Assembly: GCA_951406725.2 (NCBI GenBank)
Contig: OX597816.1
Location: forward strand, 149,110,001 to 149,174,000
Length of the DNA stretch: 64,000 nucleotides
Source: Octopus vulgaris
Taxonomy: Eukaryota
Direction: 5' to 3'
The stretch's first letter is position 1. Every line of letters begins with the position of its first letter. This document shows positions 51,516-64,000 of the stretch, in pieces. The notes beneath the pieces are model-generated. The model saw nothing but the letters and a program-made list of their open reading frames with translations, had not been told where the DNA came from and did no database searches. The position numbers and the translations under genes were made by a program.

Positions 51516-54229
51516 GTGACGGATATCTAATACATTCCGAATAATATACCCACTTTACTGACGGATATATGAATGCATCTTTTCCCTAACCTATGGTCTC
51601 TTAGAGGACTTACACGTGTGTATGTGTGTAAATATATATATAAATACAACAGGGTTTTTTCCAATTTCCATCTACCAAATATGCTCTCGTGGATTTGGTT
51701 GACCTGAGACTATCATAGATGACATTTGCCTGTGGAACAAGCTGCAAGACTGAACCTGAAACCATGTGGTTTGAAAGTGATATATACATCATCATCATTT
51801 AACATCCACCTTCCATGCTGACACATACATATGGCATCTATTGCTTTCTTTTACCAATTCTTTTCCATGCTTCCTCAACATTTTGCCAGTGTTTGTGATT
51901 TTCAACTCTCAAAAACTCATCTTTTTTTACCAGTCTTGTATTAGAAAAAATTTTTCTCCAATTTTCCTCTTATTTTTTACTCACCTTTCTCTCCCTAAAC
52001 TTGCACTCTCCACAGATGCTTTCTCTTTTTGTCTCACACTCATGACCATCGCTTAACTTCCATGATTTCCTCACAATGTAATTACACATGCTAACACTTC
52101 AACATACCTACATATGAACACACTCAAAAAAAGACTTACACTATTCCTACCCCACTTATTCATTTGATGCACTCCTATACGCGTACATACATATCCAGCC
52201 CTCCTCCCTTCATAACTCTGCCATAGAACAGCATTCCCACCTGATTCCTAAACCAACATTAATTTTGTTTTAACTTCTTCAATGCATTTCTCTTTTATTT
52301 ATTTATTTACAAAAGACTGATGTTTGAAACATTAATACACTTTCCCTTACTTTTAAGCATAAGCTAATACAGTATTTATTAAAACTTGTCCTTCTTAAGT
52401 TGTAATTTTCTTTCTTTTATTTTTCATTGCATTTACAAAATACAAACATATATATATTTATTGTTTAAAGAGCCAATAGAGGTAGAATCAACAAAAAGTA
52501 CTCCATGCCAGCCTCGTCCGGCCCCCGTGCCGGTGGCACGTAAAAAGCACCATCCGATCGTGGCTGTTTGCCAGCCTCGTCTAGCACCTGTGCACGTGGC
52601 ATGTAAAAAGCACCTACTACACTCACAGAGTGGTTGGCGTTAGGAAGGGCATCCAGCTGTAGAAACACTGCCTTATCAGACTGGGCCTGGCGCAGCCTTC
52701 TGGCTTCCCAGACCCAGTTGAACCATCCAACCCATGCTAGCATGGAAAATGGACGTTAAACGATGATGATGATGATGATGACATAACAGAAAGAGATGCT
52801 AACAGTTTCAAGCTCTTATGGTACTTGAACAGGCATATTTATAAAATAAGCCACATATCTTGAAGCAATTTTTACATTTTTTAGCTGTAACTGGTTTCAG
52901 TTATTTCAGTGGCCATGGAGCACTGCTTTGAAGGGATTTTTAGTCAAACAAATCAACCCCAAGACTTATTTTTTAAAGCCTAGTACTTTTTCTGTTGAAC
53001 ACTTTTGCTGAACTGCTAAGTTACAGGGGCATAAACATACCAACATCTGTTGTCAAGCAGTGGTGGGGGACAAACACAGACATACATATATGACAGGCTT
53101 CTATCAGTTTCTGTCTACCAGATCCACTCACAAGGCTTTGGTCGACCTGAGGCTATGGTAGAAGGCACTTGCCTAAAGTGCCATGCAATGAGACTGAACC
53201 CAGAGTTTTTTAGGTCTACTAACTATTCATAAATTTATGAGTATATATAACTTATCAATTTTTAGACAACTACACACACACATATATTGCATATACTTAC
53301 AGAAATACGCAGCCACTTTGTGTGAATTTACTGTACAATTGTTTATTGCCTCCATCTGAGTCATGGCAAAATTATAAAATAAAAATGGACACTGCAATCT
53401 AGGTATGATGCCATTTGGAAAGCACTGTACTTTACTGGCTTTTATCAGCTGCTCTCAGCTTGTTGTTCATTTGGGTCTTGATATCTTTGGCATTGCTGTT
53501 GTCCTTCAAGGTACAGGTGTAATTCTTCGCAAGGCATTGAATTTAATTCTCTTGGATTGTTGGCATCTCTGATGCCTGAATGCTGAAGATGAAATTTGAA
53601 CATAGTCAAGTTCTAAAATTCTGAAAGATTGACCATGTGACCATCTTTTCTAGTGAGCCGAAGGTTTGCCATAACCCTTGGAAATGAGACTGAAAGTCTG
53701 GAAATGTTGAATCTGGATTTAGGAACTTTATTGTTCCAAAATTATCAAAGAAACTGATAGAAGAATCATGCAAAAATCTGTAGATCTGTAACAAAAAAGC
53801 AACAATTGGAACGTGTGTTCTGTGTTGTGTATACATATATTTTCATGATGGTTTTTGTTAAGCAGCATCGATTTTTACAATTCTGTAAATAATAATTCTT
53901 TCTACTATAGGCACAAAGCCTAAAATTTGTGGGAAAGGGTAGGGTCCCCAGTGTGTAACTGGTATTTATTTCATCAACCCCAAAAGGACGAAAGGCAAAG
54001 CAACCTCAGCAGAATTTCAACACAGAACGCGAAGATAGATAAAATGCTGCTAAGCATTTTGCCTGGTGTGCTAACAATTCTGCCAACTTGCTGCCTTAAA
54101 TAATAATTATTCAGTAAATAATAATAATGGTATATTATAAACTTAAAGCTTATAAGTGATCACCATGCAATGACTAAAGAAAATAGTCCAATAATGGAGC
54201 ATACAAGCCTTTGATGTAAGTAGGTTTTC

Positions 54230-54302
54230 CCATACATGTGGGACTTGAACCCACATCTTTTTGATTTCGTGACAAGTGTGCTAACCATTTACAACAATGT
54301 AC
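54230..54302 (-). pseudogene. tRNA-like pseudogene or SINE head
   Basis: About 73 nt with TGGTTAG A box and GTGGGTTCAAGTCCCAC T arm; anticodon and acceptor stems mismatched. Confidence 0.5.
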
Positions 54303-55740
54303 AACCACACTTCTTTATCAGATTTAAGAACTAGAATTAGTTCGTAGTGTTGTTTTTTCAAACAAACTTTCATGTGTTTTTTCTGCAATGGTTTTTGTGA
54401 AGCAGCATCAATTTTATAAGTTTAAAGCTTATAAGTAGTCACCATGCAATGACTAATAAAAAAAAAGTCTAATAATGAGGTATATAAGCCCTCAACATTG
54501 AATTTTTGTTGTTAGAATCAAAACAGGAGTTGTTTAATTCTTACAATTATTCACCTGATGAAAACAATATTTTTGCATGATGTAACACTTCTATTCATCA
54601 ATAAAAAATACGTCTGCTGTAGTGACCCACAATCCATTATTTGTATATGTGTGGTTTCAATCCCAGGACTGGGTGATGCATTGTGCTCTTGGGATAAACA
54701 TTTCATTTCAGATTGCTCTAGTCCAATCAGCTGGTAAAAATGAGTAATCTAGTGATGGACTGGCATCCCATCCAGTGACAAATATATATGCCAGGGAAAC
54801 CAGCCCTATACACCTTACTGAGTAATGAAAACTAACCAACCAACCATATACATAAACATACACACACACATTTCATATTTAATAAATACAGGATTTAAAT
54901 GTGTGAGCTACTATAAGTTTCATGCTCTGATAGTACAGTTATTGGACAAAGTTATATAACATGCTGTGTACTAACCTGCAATCATTCAGGAAGACAATAA
55001 ATGTACATTTTGAACTTGAATGATTACAATGGCTTATGATATTTATCTCTCATTTTTTTTTTGTTAATCCTAACAGAACAGAACAGTACGCACATCATCA
55101 TTGTTTAACATTCATGAAGCCATTCTGTCATGGGTTGGGCAGTGTGAAGAATCTGAGAGGTCCAAGGAATGCATTGTGCAATGCAATCTCTGCTTTCTAT
55201 TATGGTATTTGCCGTTTATAATGGCTTAAGAGCTAGAAACATTGATGTCTGGGAATCCAACAAAAGGCAGCACTGGACAGATATTTTTTCTCCATGGTAA
55301 CTAAAGTGAATTTGCTGTTAGCAGTTGAAATATGTCACAAACATATTTTAACCTAAAGTTTGCTAGAATGCTCACAAAGAGATTAATTTATAACAACTAG
55401 CTCAGTCCTCATATGAAGGCCCTTGCCTACTATGTGGCTCACAGTTATTACATTATCCATGTCCAACCAACACATTTATGCACTAGAGACCATTAATATC
55501 CTATGTCACCAGATCGTTTTAGTCACCCAGTAAGAAAGGATCATGCAATTGGAAATACTGTCAAACCAGCACCACTAACATTGAATCCATTCTATATAGG
55601 CATTAACTGAACTGACATAACTCAGATATGTATAGCACATATCTAATTTGTATCCTCCTGTAGGGACATCTATATCATGGTAATGCTAAGAACCAAAGAA
55701 GTAGCTAAAAACAAACAAACAAAAAAAAACTAGTATTTAA

Positions 55741-55951
55741 CCCTTAGCATTAAGATATCAACTAATGTAATGCTTTTTGTTCATATTTGAATTAATCATG
55801 CATTATCTTGTAGCTTTGAGATGTTGATGATGTAATTGTTTATTTTTAGAATGACATTGTAGGTTAGGTGTGAGAGGCCAGATATGGCCAGTTTGAGTAT
55901 AAAATAGGTAGAACATTTGGGCTGAATATGACCAGTTTAAATGCTAAAGGG
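55741..55951. mobile_element. piggyBac-type MITE followed by an inverted partial copy to about 56113
   Basis: TTAA|CCCTTAGCATT ... AATGCTAAAGGG|TTAA. Confidence 0.75.
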
Positions 55952-56598
55952 TTAAACTAGCCAGGATCTAGCACTGTACACCTACCCTACAATGCCATTC
56001 TAAAATTAAATAATCACATAATCAAAATCTTGTAGTTTTGAGACAATGCATGATTAATTCAAAACTGAATGAACAAATATTAGATTTGATAGAGTTAACT
56101 GAATGCTAAAGGGTTGTTAGAGGAATTTCAAAGTGGAAGAAACTGATGCTCTCCACTTACTTTGGTGATTTCAAGCTATGGAAGATAAACGTATTAAACA
56201 CTATCAGGTAATACAATAAAAGTAGCATACATGTAGACTTACACTTGTCTCCTCTCCAATGAAAAGAGTCACAGACGAAGGAGACGACAGCTGTCATTGG
56301 ATTCAATGGACAACCATAAGAAACTGGATAAAATGCACTCAGTTCATGCTGAAATAGAAAGCGCATCCAGTCATGGAAAAGATATTAAAAAATGTAACAT
56401 TTTGTTACATGGCAATCTCACTAGTGCTGGTGTATTGAAAAGAGCACTCAGTTATATGGTTAAAAAAGGGTGTCCAGCTGGAGAAATTATGCCAAAGCTG
56501 ACGTTGAAACTGACAGAGCCTGCAGTTCACCTGATCCTGTCAAACCATCCAATCCATGCCAGCATGGAAAATGATGATGATTATATATATATATATAT

Positions 56599-56925
56599 AC
56601 TAGCACTATGACCCGGCAACGCTGGGTCATAGTGCTAGTGCATGCATATACAGCTGCGTGCATGCGAGTACTGTCCAAATCTCCGACCAATCACATACAG
56701 CTAGCTGGCATTCAATTGGTGTGTCAAGTTTCGGGCATTTTGATTGGGTTTTGGATAGAAAATTCACAAAAAAGTCACTTCTATTGATTTTTTAATGGCT
56801 TTGTGGGGTGACTGGGGAAATGTAAAGATGTGCACGACCACCCTTGGACAGTTTTGAATGACCATGGAAAGTGCGAGCTCTCTAACTGAAAAATTGTGGA
56901 TTTGTATAAAGGTCACACACACAAG
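56599..56925 (-). mobile_element. Helitron-like element end with 41-bp palindrome
   Basis: ACTAGCACTATGACCCGGCAACGCTGGGTCATAGTGCTAGT; internal similarity to about 1700-1825. Confidence 0.55.
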
Positions 56926-59900
56926 GGAAAGTGGGCCTCCTCCTACATAGGATGTTGTCTATCAAAGTAGTCCTTCATGAGAAGCAGCAACAATTTCAGA
57001 TGTTTTTACATTATGTTGTATATTTTTACACAACTCCTCCATATTTATCACATGCTCATACTGACAGGTCCTCTTTCTTGTGTACCACACCTGTCTCTTA
57101 TTTTCAGTTTTATTCTCAGTTCATATGAGCCTTATTATTCCTAACACAAGTATTACACATTTAGTCGAACATGCTTCATTTCATCCTAGTCTTAGTAAAT
57201 TCTTTGCTCTGAAAGGCCTATGTCTTACTACTATGCTGCACAGCACTGTGTAATCATCATATTCTAAGAGTAAGTCCTTTGTTTCCAGACAGGCTAAATA
57301 GCTCCTTGAACTATTCCTGACCACTACTTATTCAGAATACCCATTCCTACTGCTAATTTGGTTTTCTAGGTAACAAAAGGTATCAGTTGTTTCTAAAGAC
57401 GGTACTGGAGAAAGTCTGTCTTGCATATGCTCTTAGTATTCATTGCTTCTGCACACCTCTATTACATGGTATATACCTTCTCTGGTTAGCTTGCTTATGT
57501 TCCTACTACATACTTTGTGTCAATAGCTTATGCTGGGTTACCATATGGACATTCTTTTTAAACACCAAGCATGGCTATCTTAAGAGTCTGTCTTTTCTTC
57601 TATTGACTCATGCTTTTAGCCTTTGCTAAGATTACTTTGAAATCTCTCAATTTTAGGTTTTGTTTCCTGCCATATCTGGAAATATACATACATATGTAAT
57701 ATCATTTAATGTCTACTTTTCCATGCTTGCATAGGTCAGAGAGAATTTGCCCAGGTAGATTTTCCATAGCTGCATGCCCTTCCTATAACCAGCCTTCACA
57801 TTTCCAAACAAGGTAATATTTTCCCACAACTAATCGTGTTTTCGAAACTGGAAATGAACAACCCAGCTTGTATGACATCGATGCTCATTTACAATTATGT
57901 AGTGTCTAGACAAGGGTACACACAAATACATACAGGGAGAGTCAAAAGTAGCGCCCAGTTTCTGGGAAGTCATGCCTTTGTTATTTTGCAGGTTATTACT
58001 GACAGTTTTAAGAGTAACTAAATCTGGATCATGTATCATGTTAATACTCTGATATTCCAACCTGTAAAACTATAGATGTAAGAAGTATCTCACAGTTGGG
58101 AAGTCATATATATCAACCCTAAAACAAGAGTTGGGCACTACTTTTGACTCCCCCTGTATTTGATTTCTCTCTGCTAAATCCACTCACAAAGCCTTGGTTG
58201 ACATAGGCCCATAGGAAATACTAAAGATGTCATGCAGTGACTGAATCCTAGCCTACATGGTTAGTCAGCAAGATTCTTAATCAGTCATAAGGTTACCATG
58301 TATTCCAACATCCTGGCTAGTTTGAAATTGTTCGTTTATTTTTTAAATCTGGAAAATTTTTATTTCACTATCATTTTTATTATGTTAGTTTCACAGAAAA
58401 GGTGAAAGGCATTGATACTTTAAGCTTTCTAGTACTTTATGAAACAATAGTAGCAGGAAACCAGACATATGATCTTCAGGTTTCTCTCAGCCAAGACTTG
58501 ATTATATTTAAAAAAATTTTAAACATTAGCATAAGTAGTGAAAGTAAATGCTCTTATAATTGCAATTATGCTTTTTTTTTTTTCTTCTCCCCTAAAATGA
58601 ATATTGCTGGCTGCAATAATGACTCCCTTCAATATCTGCTTTAATATCCAGTTGGAGTGCTGAAGAAACTGTGAGGGAACTTCTACTTCAATCAAATCAT
58701 TGGAGATTATTATTTAGCAAGTCATTTTCATCATCATCCTTTAGAATCTGTTTTCCATGCCAGCATGGATAAGACAGTTTGACTGGAGCTGTTAAGCCAG
58801 AGAGTTGCACTAGGATCCAGTCTCTTTTAGCTTTGTTTCTATGGTTGGATGCCTTCCATAATGCATACAGGGTGTCTTTTACATGCCACTAGCACAAGAA
58901 CCTATGTGTCACTGGTATGAGTGCATTTTGGATCCAAATATCAGTTCTGTGAAAAATATACCCTTACAATATAGGATAAATATATTTTTAGGGTACAATT
59001 TTGAGACATTTCAACTACCTCTATTTTACATTTTAAACATGTAGCTTCATCATCATTTAACATCCGCTTTCCATGCTAGCATGGGTTGGAGAAAACATTA
59101 ATAATCATATTATGAAGGTGGTGCTTAGATAGAAATGCTTGAATAATGGAAAAAATTTCATGCAGTAGGAAGTTACAGCCATGTAACACATTGGCGCCAA
59201 CAATAAATTCTGGGATTGATAAAGTACCAAGCTATTGACAGAGAGATGAAACTACTGTGTATGCTCCCACTCCAATTTGAGGCCTTGTGCCCATGTAAGA
59301 AAGAAATATAGTCAGCATACTGAATACTTCAAGTACACAATTGGCATTATATGGTGAAATGAAACTAATTATATGTAATAATGGTAATTTAAATAGTGTT
59401 GAAATTAATTTAGTCCTTATGTCCTAAGAAAGTGAGAGACAGTATTGTTACTACAATTATTAGACTTATTAGGATCAAATGAGAAACATGAGATGAAAAA
59501 GAGCACAAGAATAAATATTCTATTAGCTGAGATGAGGAATCTACAGTAGGACAATCCTTTTGCAGCAACTCTACCTGAAAACAGAATGATGATAGTGACA
59601 GAGCAGATTCTCAAAATACAAGTGTAAGAGAGAATATGGATAAAGAACTGGGTCTAGTGAAGGAAGTGAAAAAAATAAGTGATACTGTAAGTGAAGAGAG
59701 TAACAGTAAAATATACTGAAGATAAGATGATGTTGATGCGCAGGGTGGGAAGAGCTAGAGAGACATCGAAAGATGCACAGCTTATACAGTTAGATGCCAG
59801 AGGGATGTGGGGTTGGATAAAACGAGTGGAGGGGAGGAAAAAAAAGGTGAAGAGTCAAACATTTTGGAGATACTCACGCAGTGAACTAGTGATTGGTTTG

Positions 59901-59983
59901 TTGGAAACTAACTCATTGTTCACCAAATGCAATTTAAAAAATATCAATATTGAAGCACCCTAAAATATTAAGTGCAAGATTAA

Positions 59984-61370
59984 CCCTTTCGTTACTAACC
60001 CGACCGAAAAAATTTTTGGTTCATAATACTAACCCGGCCGTGAGAACCTATTTTTATTTAAATGTAAATTGGAACCCAAATCTCGTTGGTACATTCGTTA
60101 AAACATGTGATTTCACATTGTAAATAGTTAAGTTATAGTATTCGACATTGCTTGAAGTGATATCTCAACTCAGTGAATTTTGGGAGATTTTTTTCCACAT
60201 CGATTTTTCTTCAACTTTGAAAATGGATAGGAGTTTCATGTTATCAAGCATTAATTCTGAATTTAAAGCTTTTTCAACAGAAAATGGGGAGAAATCGAGA
60301 AAAAGAATGAAATAGGTACTAAAGCACGTTGTGTACAAAATAATGAATATTTTTTTATCTGAAAATGAAAGCAGCGCCTTCCGAAGAAACAAAGTGGCGA
60401 TGGCGACAGCAACATCGGAACGAAGTAAAAAAAAACTTTAAAAATGTTTTTATTAGCAATTTTTCTGGGGAGATAGTTTATCTATAGTTTTTCTTAGGAA
60501 GCGAAACCGTTAGACTTTTATTTTTTTTAGTATGCTAGTTTGAAGCGATCACGTTGGAAACAAATTTACGCAGATTGTAAACAAACACAAAAGTTTGGAA
60601 AATTTGTGAAGTAAATACTGGGTACTGTTGTGGATTTAGTTTTTATACAGGGAAACTAATGTTAGTCAGCATGGCTTAGGGTACGATGTGGTCTGGAAGT
60701 TATTGTTTGAAGCGATCAATGCGGAAACAAATTTACGCAGAATGTAAACAAAACACAAAATGGGGGATCAAATTTCGGAAAATTTGTGAAGCAAAATACT
60801 GAGTACTGCTGTGGATTTAGTTTTTATACAGAGAAAATAATGTTAGTCAGCATGGCCTAGGGAACGATGTGGTCTGGAATTTATCACTTCCATACCATAA
60901 CCATGGCCGTATATTATTTTTTGACCGATTTCTTTAGTTTGGTCAAACTTGTGGTGGATTCCAGTATTTCAGTTTATTCCACCTTTATGGTACACCTGTT
61001 GTGCATTAAATTCAACTGATGATCTAGTGATGTGCACAATTCTTCTTTATCAAAATTTTGTTGCATACCCATTTGAATATTAGCTGATGATTCATCTTCT
61101 ATGGTGATGTTTAAACAAAATTTTTATATTTTTACCTTTTGCTCAATTTACCTAGATTTACCTGTAATTAAAGTCACTTTGAGACAAAAGTTATGCAATA
61201 GAATTGATTAAGAACCCTTTCTTTAATTATGTTCCAAATATCACATTAATATGTTGATAAGTAAAAAGTTACAGTTATTTAATGAAACAAGCCTAAATTC
61301 ATGATTATTTTAGAATTTAATTGAAACTCATGAGGGGTGTATTTTGGTCAGAAATATAGTAACGAAAGGG
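59984..61370. mobile_element. Non-autonomous piggyBac-type element (1387 bp)
   Basis: TTAA TSD both sides, perfect 14-bp TIR CCCTTTCGTTACTA, internal tandem duplication of about 170 bp (60536-60880); no transposase. Confidence 0.9.
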
Positions 61371-61535
61371 TTAAAACAAAATTACCTAGTCATTGCACAC
61401 TACTTTTCTTCAAAAACGAAATCAAGACAGATATTTGTGAAAATGTTTTTAATACAAAAATACAACTTGATCCATCAAATATATATATATACACACACAC
61501 GCATACACACAGAAGAAAATGTACTCTTTTTCATA

Positions 61536-62600
61536 TCAAGTAAGACCATCTGTTTTATATAAACCTATATTTTTGACACTGGTAACTTGTGATGATGATA
61601 ATGGTAAACTGTCCCCTCCTGCTGTAAAAAGTCCTACAGGATAGACACCTTCATTGCTACCAGAAGTCACAATGTTGTCAATTGACTGAGTTGTTATAGT
61701 TCGATTTAGTGGTTTAGAAGGGTCTTCTCTTATGGGACTGGACTGAGAACACATTTTTTCTACAATACATGATACAGGGGATAAATCAGAAACTAGAGAG
61801 CTTTCAAATACATTAGATTTTAATTTAGACGTTCCTTGCAATACATTTGTAGTGTTGCTATCTGTGGTGTCTGAAAATGGTAAAACAAATTCTGAAGAGG
61901 ACACAACCGTAGAATTCAAACCGGTACCTGGTATCCGAGAACTGATTGATACTGGAGTAGATGTGTAAGACTGATTATTCAGTTGACCATACCTGTCATC
62001 TTCAGGCCCTACAGGTTCAGTTTTCACACTGGGAACAATAACAAAACCACCAGAAGAATTGCCACTTTTACTAGCATCTAGTGAAGCAACCTCAGATTCC
62101 TGTCCAAAGACAGCTGCTGTATCTTTCTTAACTTGTGCTAATTCAGCCTCAGATATCTCTTGTTTAACATCAATGACTTGTGTAGTGACAGATGGAGTAG
62201 AGTGAGATGAAACTGATGTGATGGATGATGAAGGCAGAGATGGTTGAACTGTTGGAACTGTAATACTGGGTGGGTTTGATAGAATGGTCTGCATCTGGCT
62301 GAGATCACCAAATACAGTAACCGTTGAAGCTGGTTGATGAGGTATTGTGCTTGGAAGACGACTATCACACAGTTGTTCAAATTCTTTCATGTCCAAACGT
62401 TTTGCAATGATTTTTAACTGATGTAAAATATCAGGATCAATATCTAATAGCCCATTGTACATATATTCAGCAAAGGCATTTAAAGCTTCTGTGCTAACTT
62501 CTTCAGGAAAGTTCACTTGGAGAAACTTGTGAGAGAGGATATCTGTACTAAATACTGACAACAGTTTTGGACACACAGCAGACAGGACAACTTTATGCAC
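61536..62600 (-). CDS. BTB module 3, exon C (terminal coding exon)
   Basis: Acceptor TTTCAG|GTG; VHKVVLSAVCPKL...FAEYMYNG; 1065 nt to TGA. Confidence 0.92.
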   Translation of the reverse strand: MHKVVLSAVCPKLLSVFSTDILSHKFLQVNFPEEVSTEALNAFAEYMYNGLLDIDPDILHQLKIIAKRLDMKEFEQLCDSRLPSTIPHQPASTVTVFGDLSQMQTILSNPPSITVPTVQPSLPSSSITSVSSHSTPSVTTQVIDVKQEISEAELAQVKKDTAAVFGQESEVASLDASKSGNSSGGFVIVPSVKTEPVGPEDDRYGQLNNQSYTSTPVSISSRIPGTGLNSTVVSSSEFVLPFSDTTDSNTTNVLQGTSKLKSNVFESSLVSDLSPVSCIVEKMCSQSSPIREDPSKPLNRTITTQSIDNIVTSGSNEGVYPVGLFTAGGDSLPLSSSQVTSVKNIGLYKTDGLT

Positions 62601-62958
62601 CTGAAACACAAACACAAGGAATTGATTAGATAGGAGGGAAATATATGAACGGGAAACAGAAAACATAAAAAAGTAAAACCATTTGCATCTCTTAGAAATA
62701 AAAATACATTCCTTGGATCCTATATGGTTTTATAAAGTATCAGTATTGCAAATAAGTTAATTCAATAAATCATATTGATTTCCTTCAAGAAAAAGGTCAA
62801 GTCCCAAAGGAAGAACTTGATATTCTAATATTATTATCTTTGGAAGATTAGTCTGATGGAAAACATGCATTCTTCATTTGTTTCATGAAATGTTCTTTAA
62901 ATAGTCAGTAAATTAATTTGTAGCCAGAGAATATTAATGTTAAAAGCAATATACCTAC

Positions 62959-63262
62959 CATCACAGTAGATGAGCCATTACCAATACCAGCATCACACAA
63001 CTTTCCACTTTTCCACAGAGATGCTAGATTGGACATGACACAACGCTGATGATCAGCAACAACAAATATTCGTTTTTCTCGTGGTCGAGGTTTTTCCACA
63101 GGCTTCGGTTTGGGTTCACTTATTTGAATTGGTGGAGCTAACACTTGAACAGGCCTTGTAATATTTTGAGAAACCTGGGCCACACTCATATGCTGCTGGA
63201 CTGGCATTTGAGCTTGTAGTGTTTTTGCAGCCATCTGAGATACCTGAGTGTTAACCATTTGT
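62959..63262 (-). CDS. BTB module 3, exon B (LWKSGKLCDAGI)
   Basis: Acceptor TTTCAG|A (phase 2), donor ATG|GTAGGT (phase 0), 304 nt. Confidence 0.9.
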
Positions 63263-63349
63263 CTGAAATTAAAATTTACATTTTAGAAGATAATCACAAG
63301 TGATGTTCAAAATTAAGAGGCGAAAAGACCAATTAATCATCATACATAC

Positions 63350-63585
63350 CGCCGGTCATCAAATCGACGATTTTCGAACCTCCGTTCCTGGAAACGCTGC
63401 TCTTGGAAGCGTTGCTCATCAAAGCGTCGATCATCAATTTGTTTTTTCTGAATTTTTGCAGGTGAAGGTTGAGGAGGTGAATCATCTGGAATGAGCACTG
63501 GTGCAGACGAGACAGTGGCAGCAGCAATCTTTTTACGCCTAGGGTTCTCAGGCTTTCCGGAATATACTTGATTTGAAGGTCCTGC
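63350..63585 (-). CDS. BTB module 3, exon A; its upstream exon(s) probably lie beyond the window
   Basis: Phase-0 acceptor TTTACAG|GCA, phase-2 donor CG|GTATGT, 236 nt, no Met. Confidence 0.87.
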
Positions 63586-64000
63586 CTGTAAACACAAAGA
63601 GACTATTTGAAGAAAAATAACAATTGCAATTTCAGGGTGTACTAAAATGCCAAAAAGTTAAGCTTTGCCTTGCTTCTCTGAATGAATATGTCTATTTTGC
63701 AAAACAAACTTATAATATTCTTGTAGCCACTCATTCAGTAAGAAATAATTAGTTTAAACTATTATAACCCCTACTCCTATCCATAGCTAGTTTCCTTACC
63801 CAAGACCTCAAAGTTTTTTGAGAGATACTGACCCAATAATCTGACTGGTACTTATTATTAAACTAGCACTGAACAAACTACTTCACTATTCTTCACAGAA
63901 GATACACCTTTCCGTGAACAATTGAACATAAAACAAATGAAAAGTATAAAAATAAAATGTTGGAATAAAAAAAAAAAAAAAGTTTATATCATAATCAAAA

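Noticed and set aside
54230-54302. Functional tRNA
   Set aside because: Acceptor and anticodon stems are poorly paired; embedded among repeats.

Overview
AT-rich, intron-containing animal genomic DNA. The SINE/RTE repertoire and (TA)n/(CA)n microsatellites resemble cephalopod (Octopus-like) DNA; this is an inference. The core is a minus-strand tandem array of three paralogous BTB/POZ modules (7.7-10.2 kb, 31.1-34.3 kb, 61.5-63.6 kb). Each has the same three-exon structure: phase-0 acceptor, phase-2 intron, then a phase-0 intron splitting the BTB. None has a start codon at its 5' acceptor. Upstream of the two fully visible modules are four ATG-initiated exons encoding DNA-binding domains of types linked to transposons: FLYWCH, CENP-B/pogo HTH, AT-hook+STPR, and STPR. 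All four end in a phase-0 GT donor compatible with the BTB modules. The best reading is a variable-first-exon / constant-BTB transcription-factor cluster, a mirror image of insect mod(mdg4)/lola. The rest is transposon debris: a young CR1/L2-type LINE with an open RT, degenerate LINEs, three mariners, a Gypsy remnant, piggyBac-type and other MITEs, Helitron-like ends, tRNA-derived SINEs and a hammerhead-like motif. Splicing is inferred from splice consensus and phase only. Repeat boundaries are approximate unless TIR/TSD are stated.
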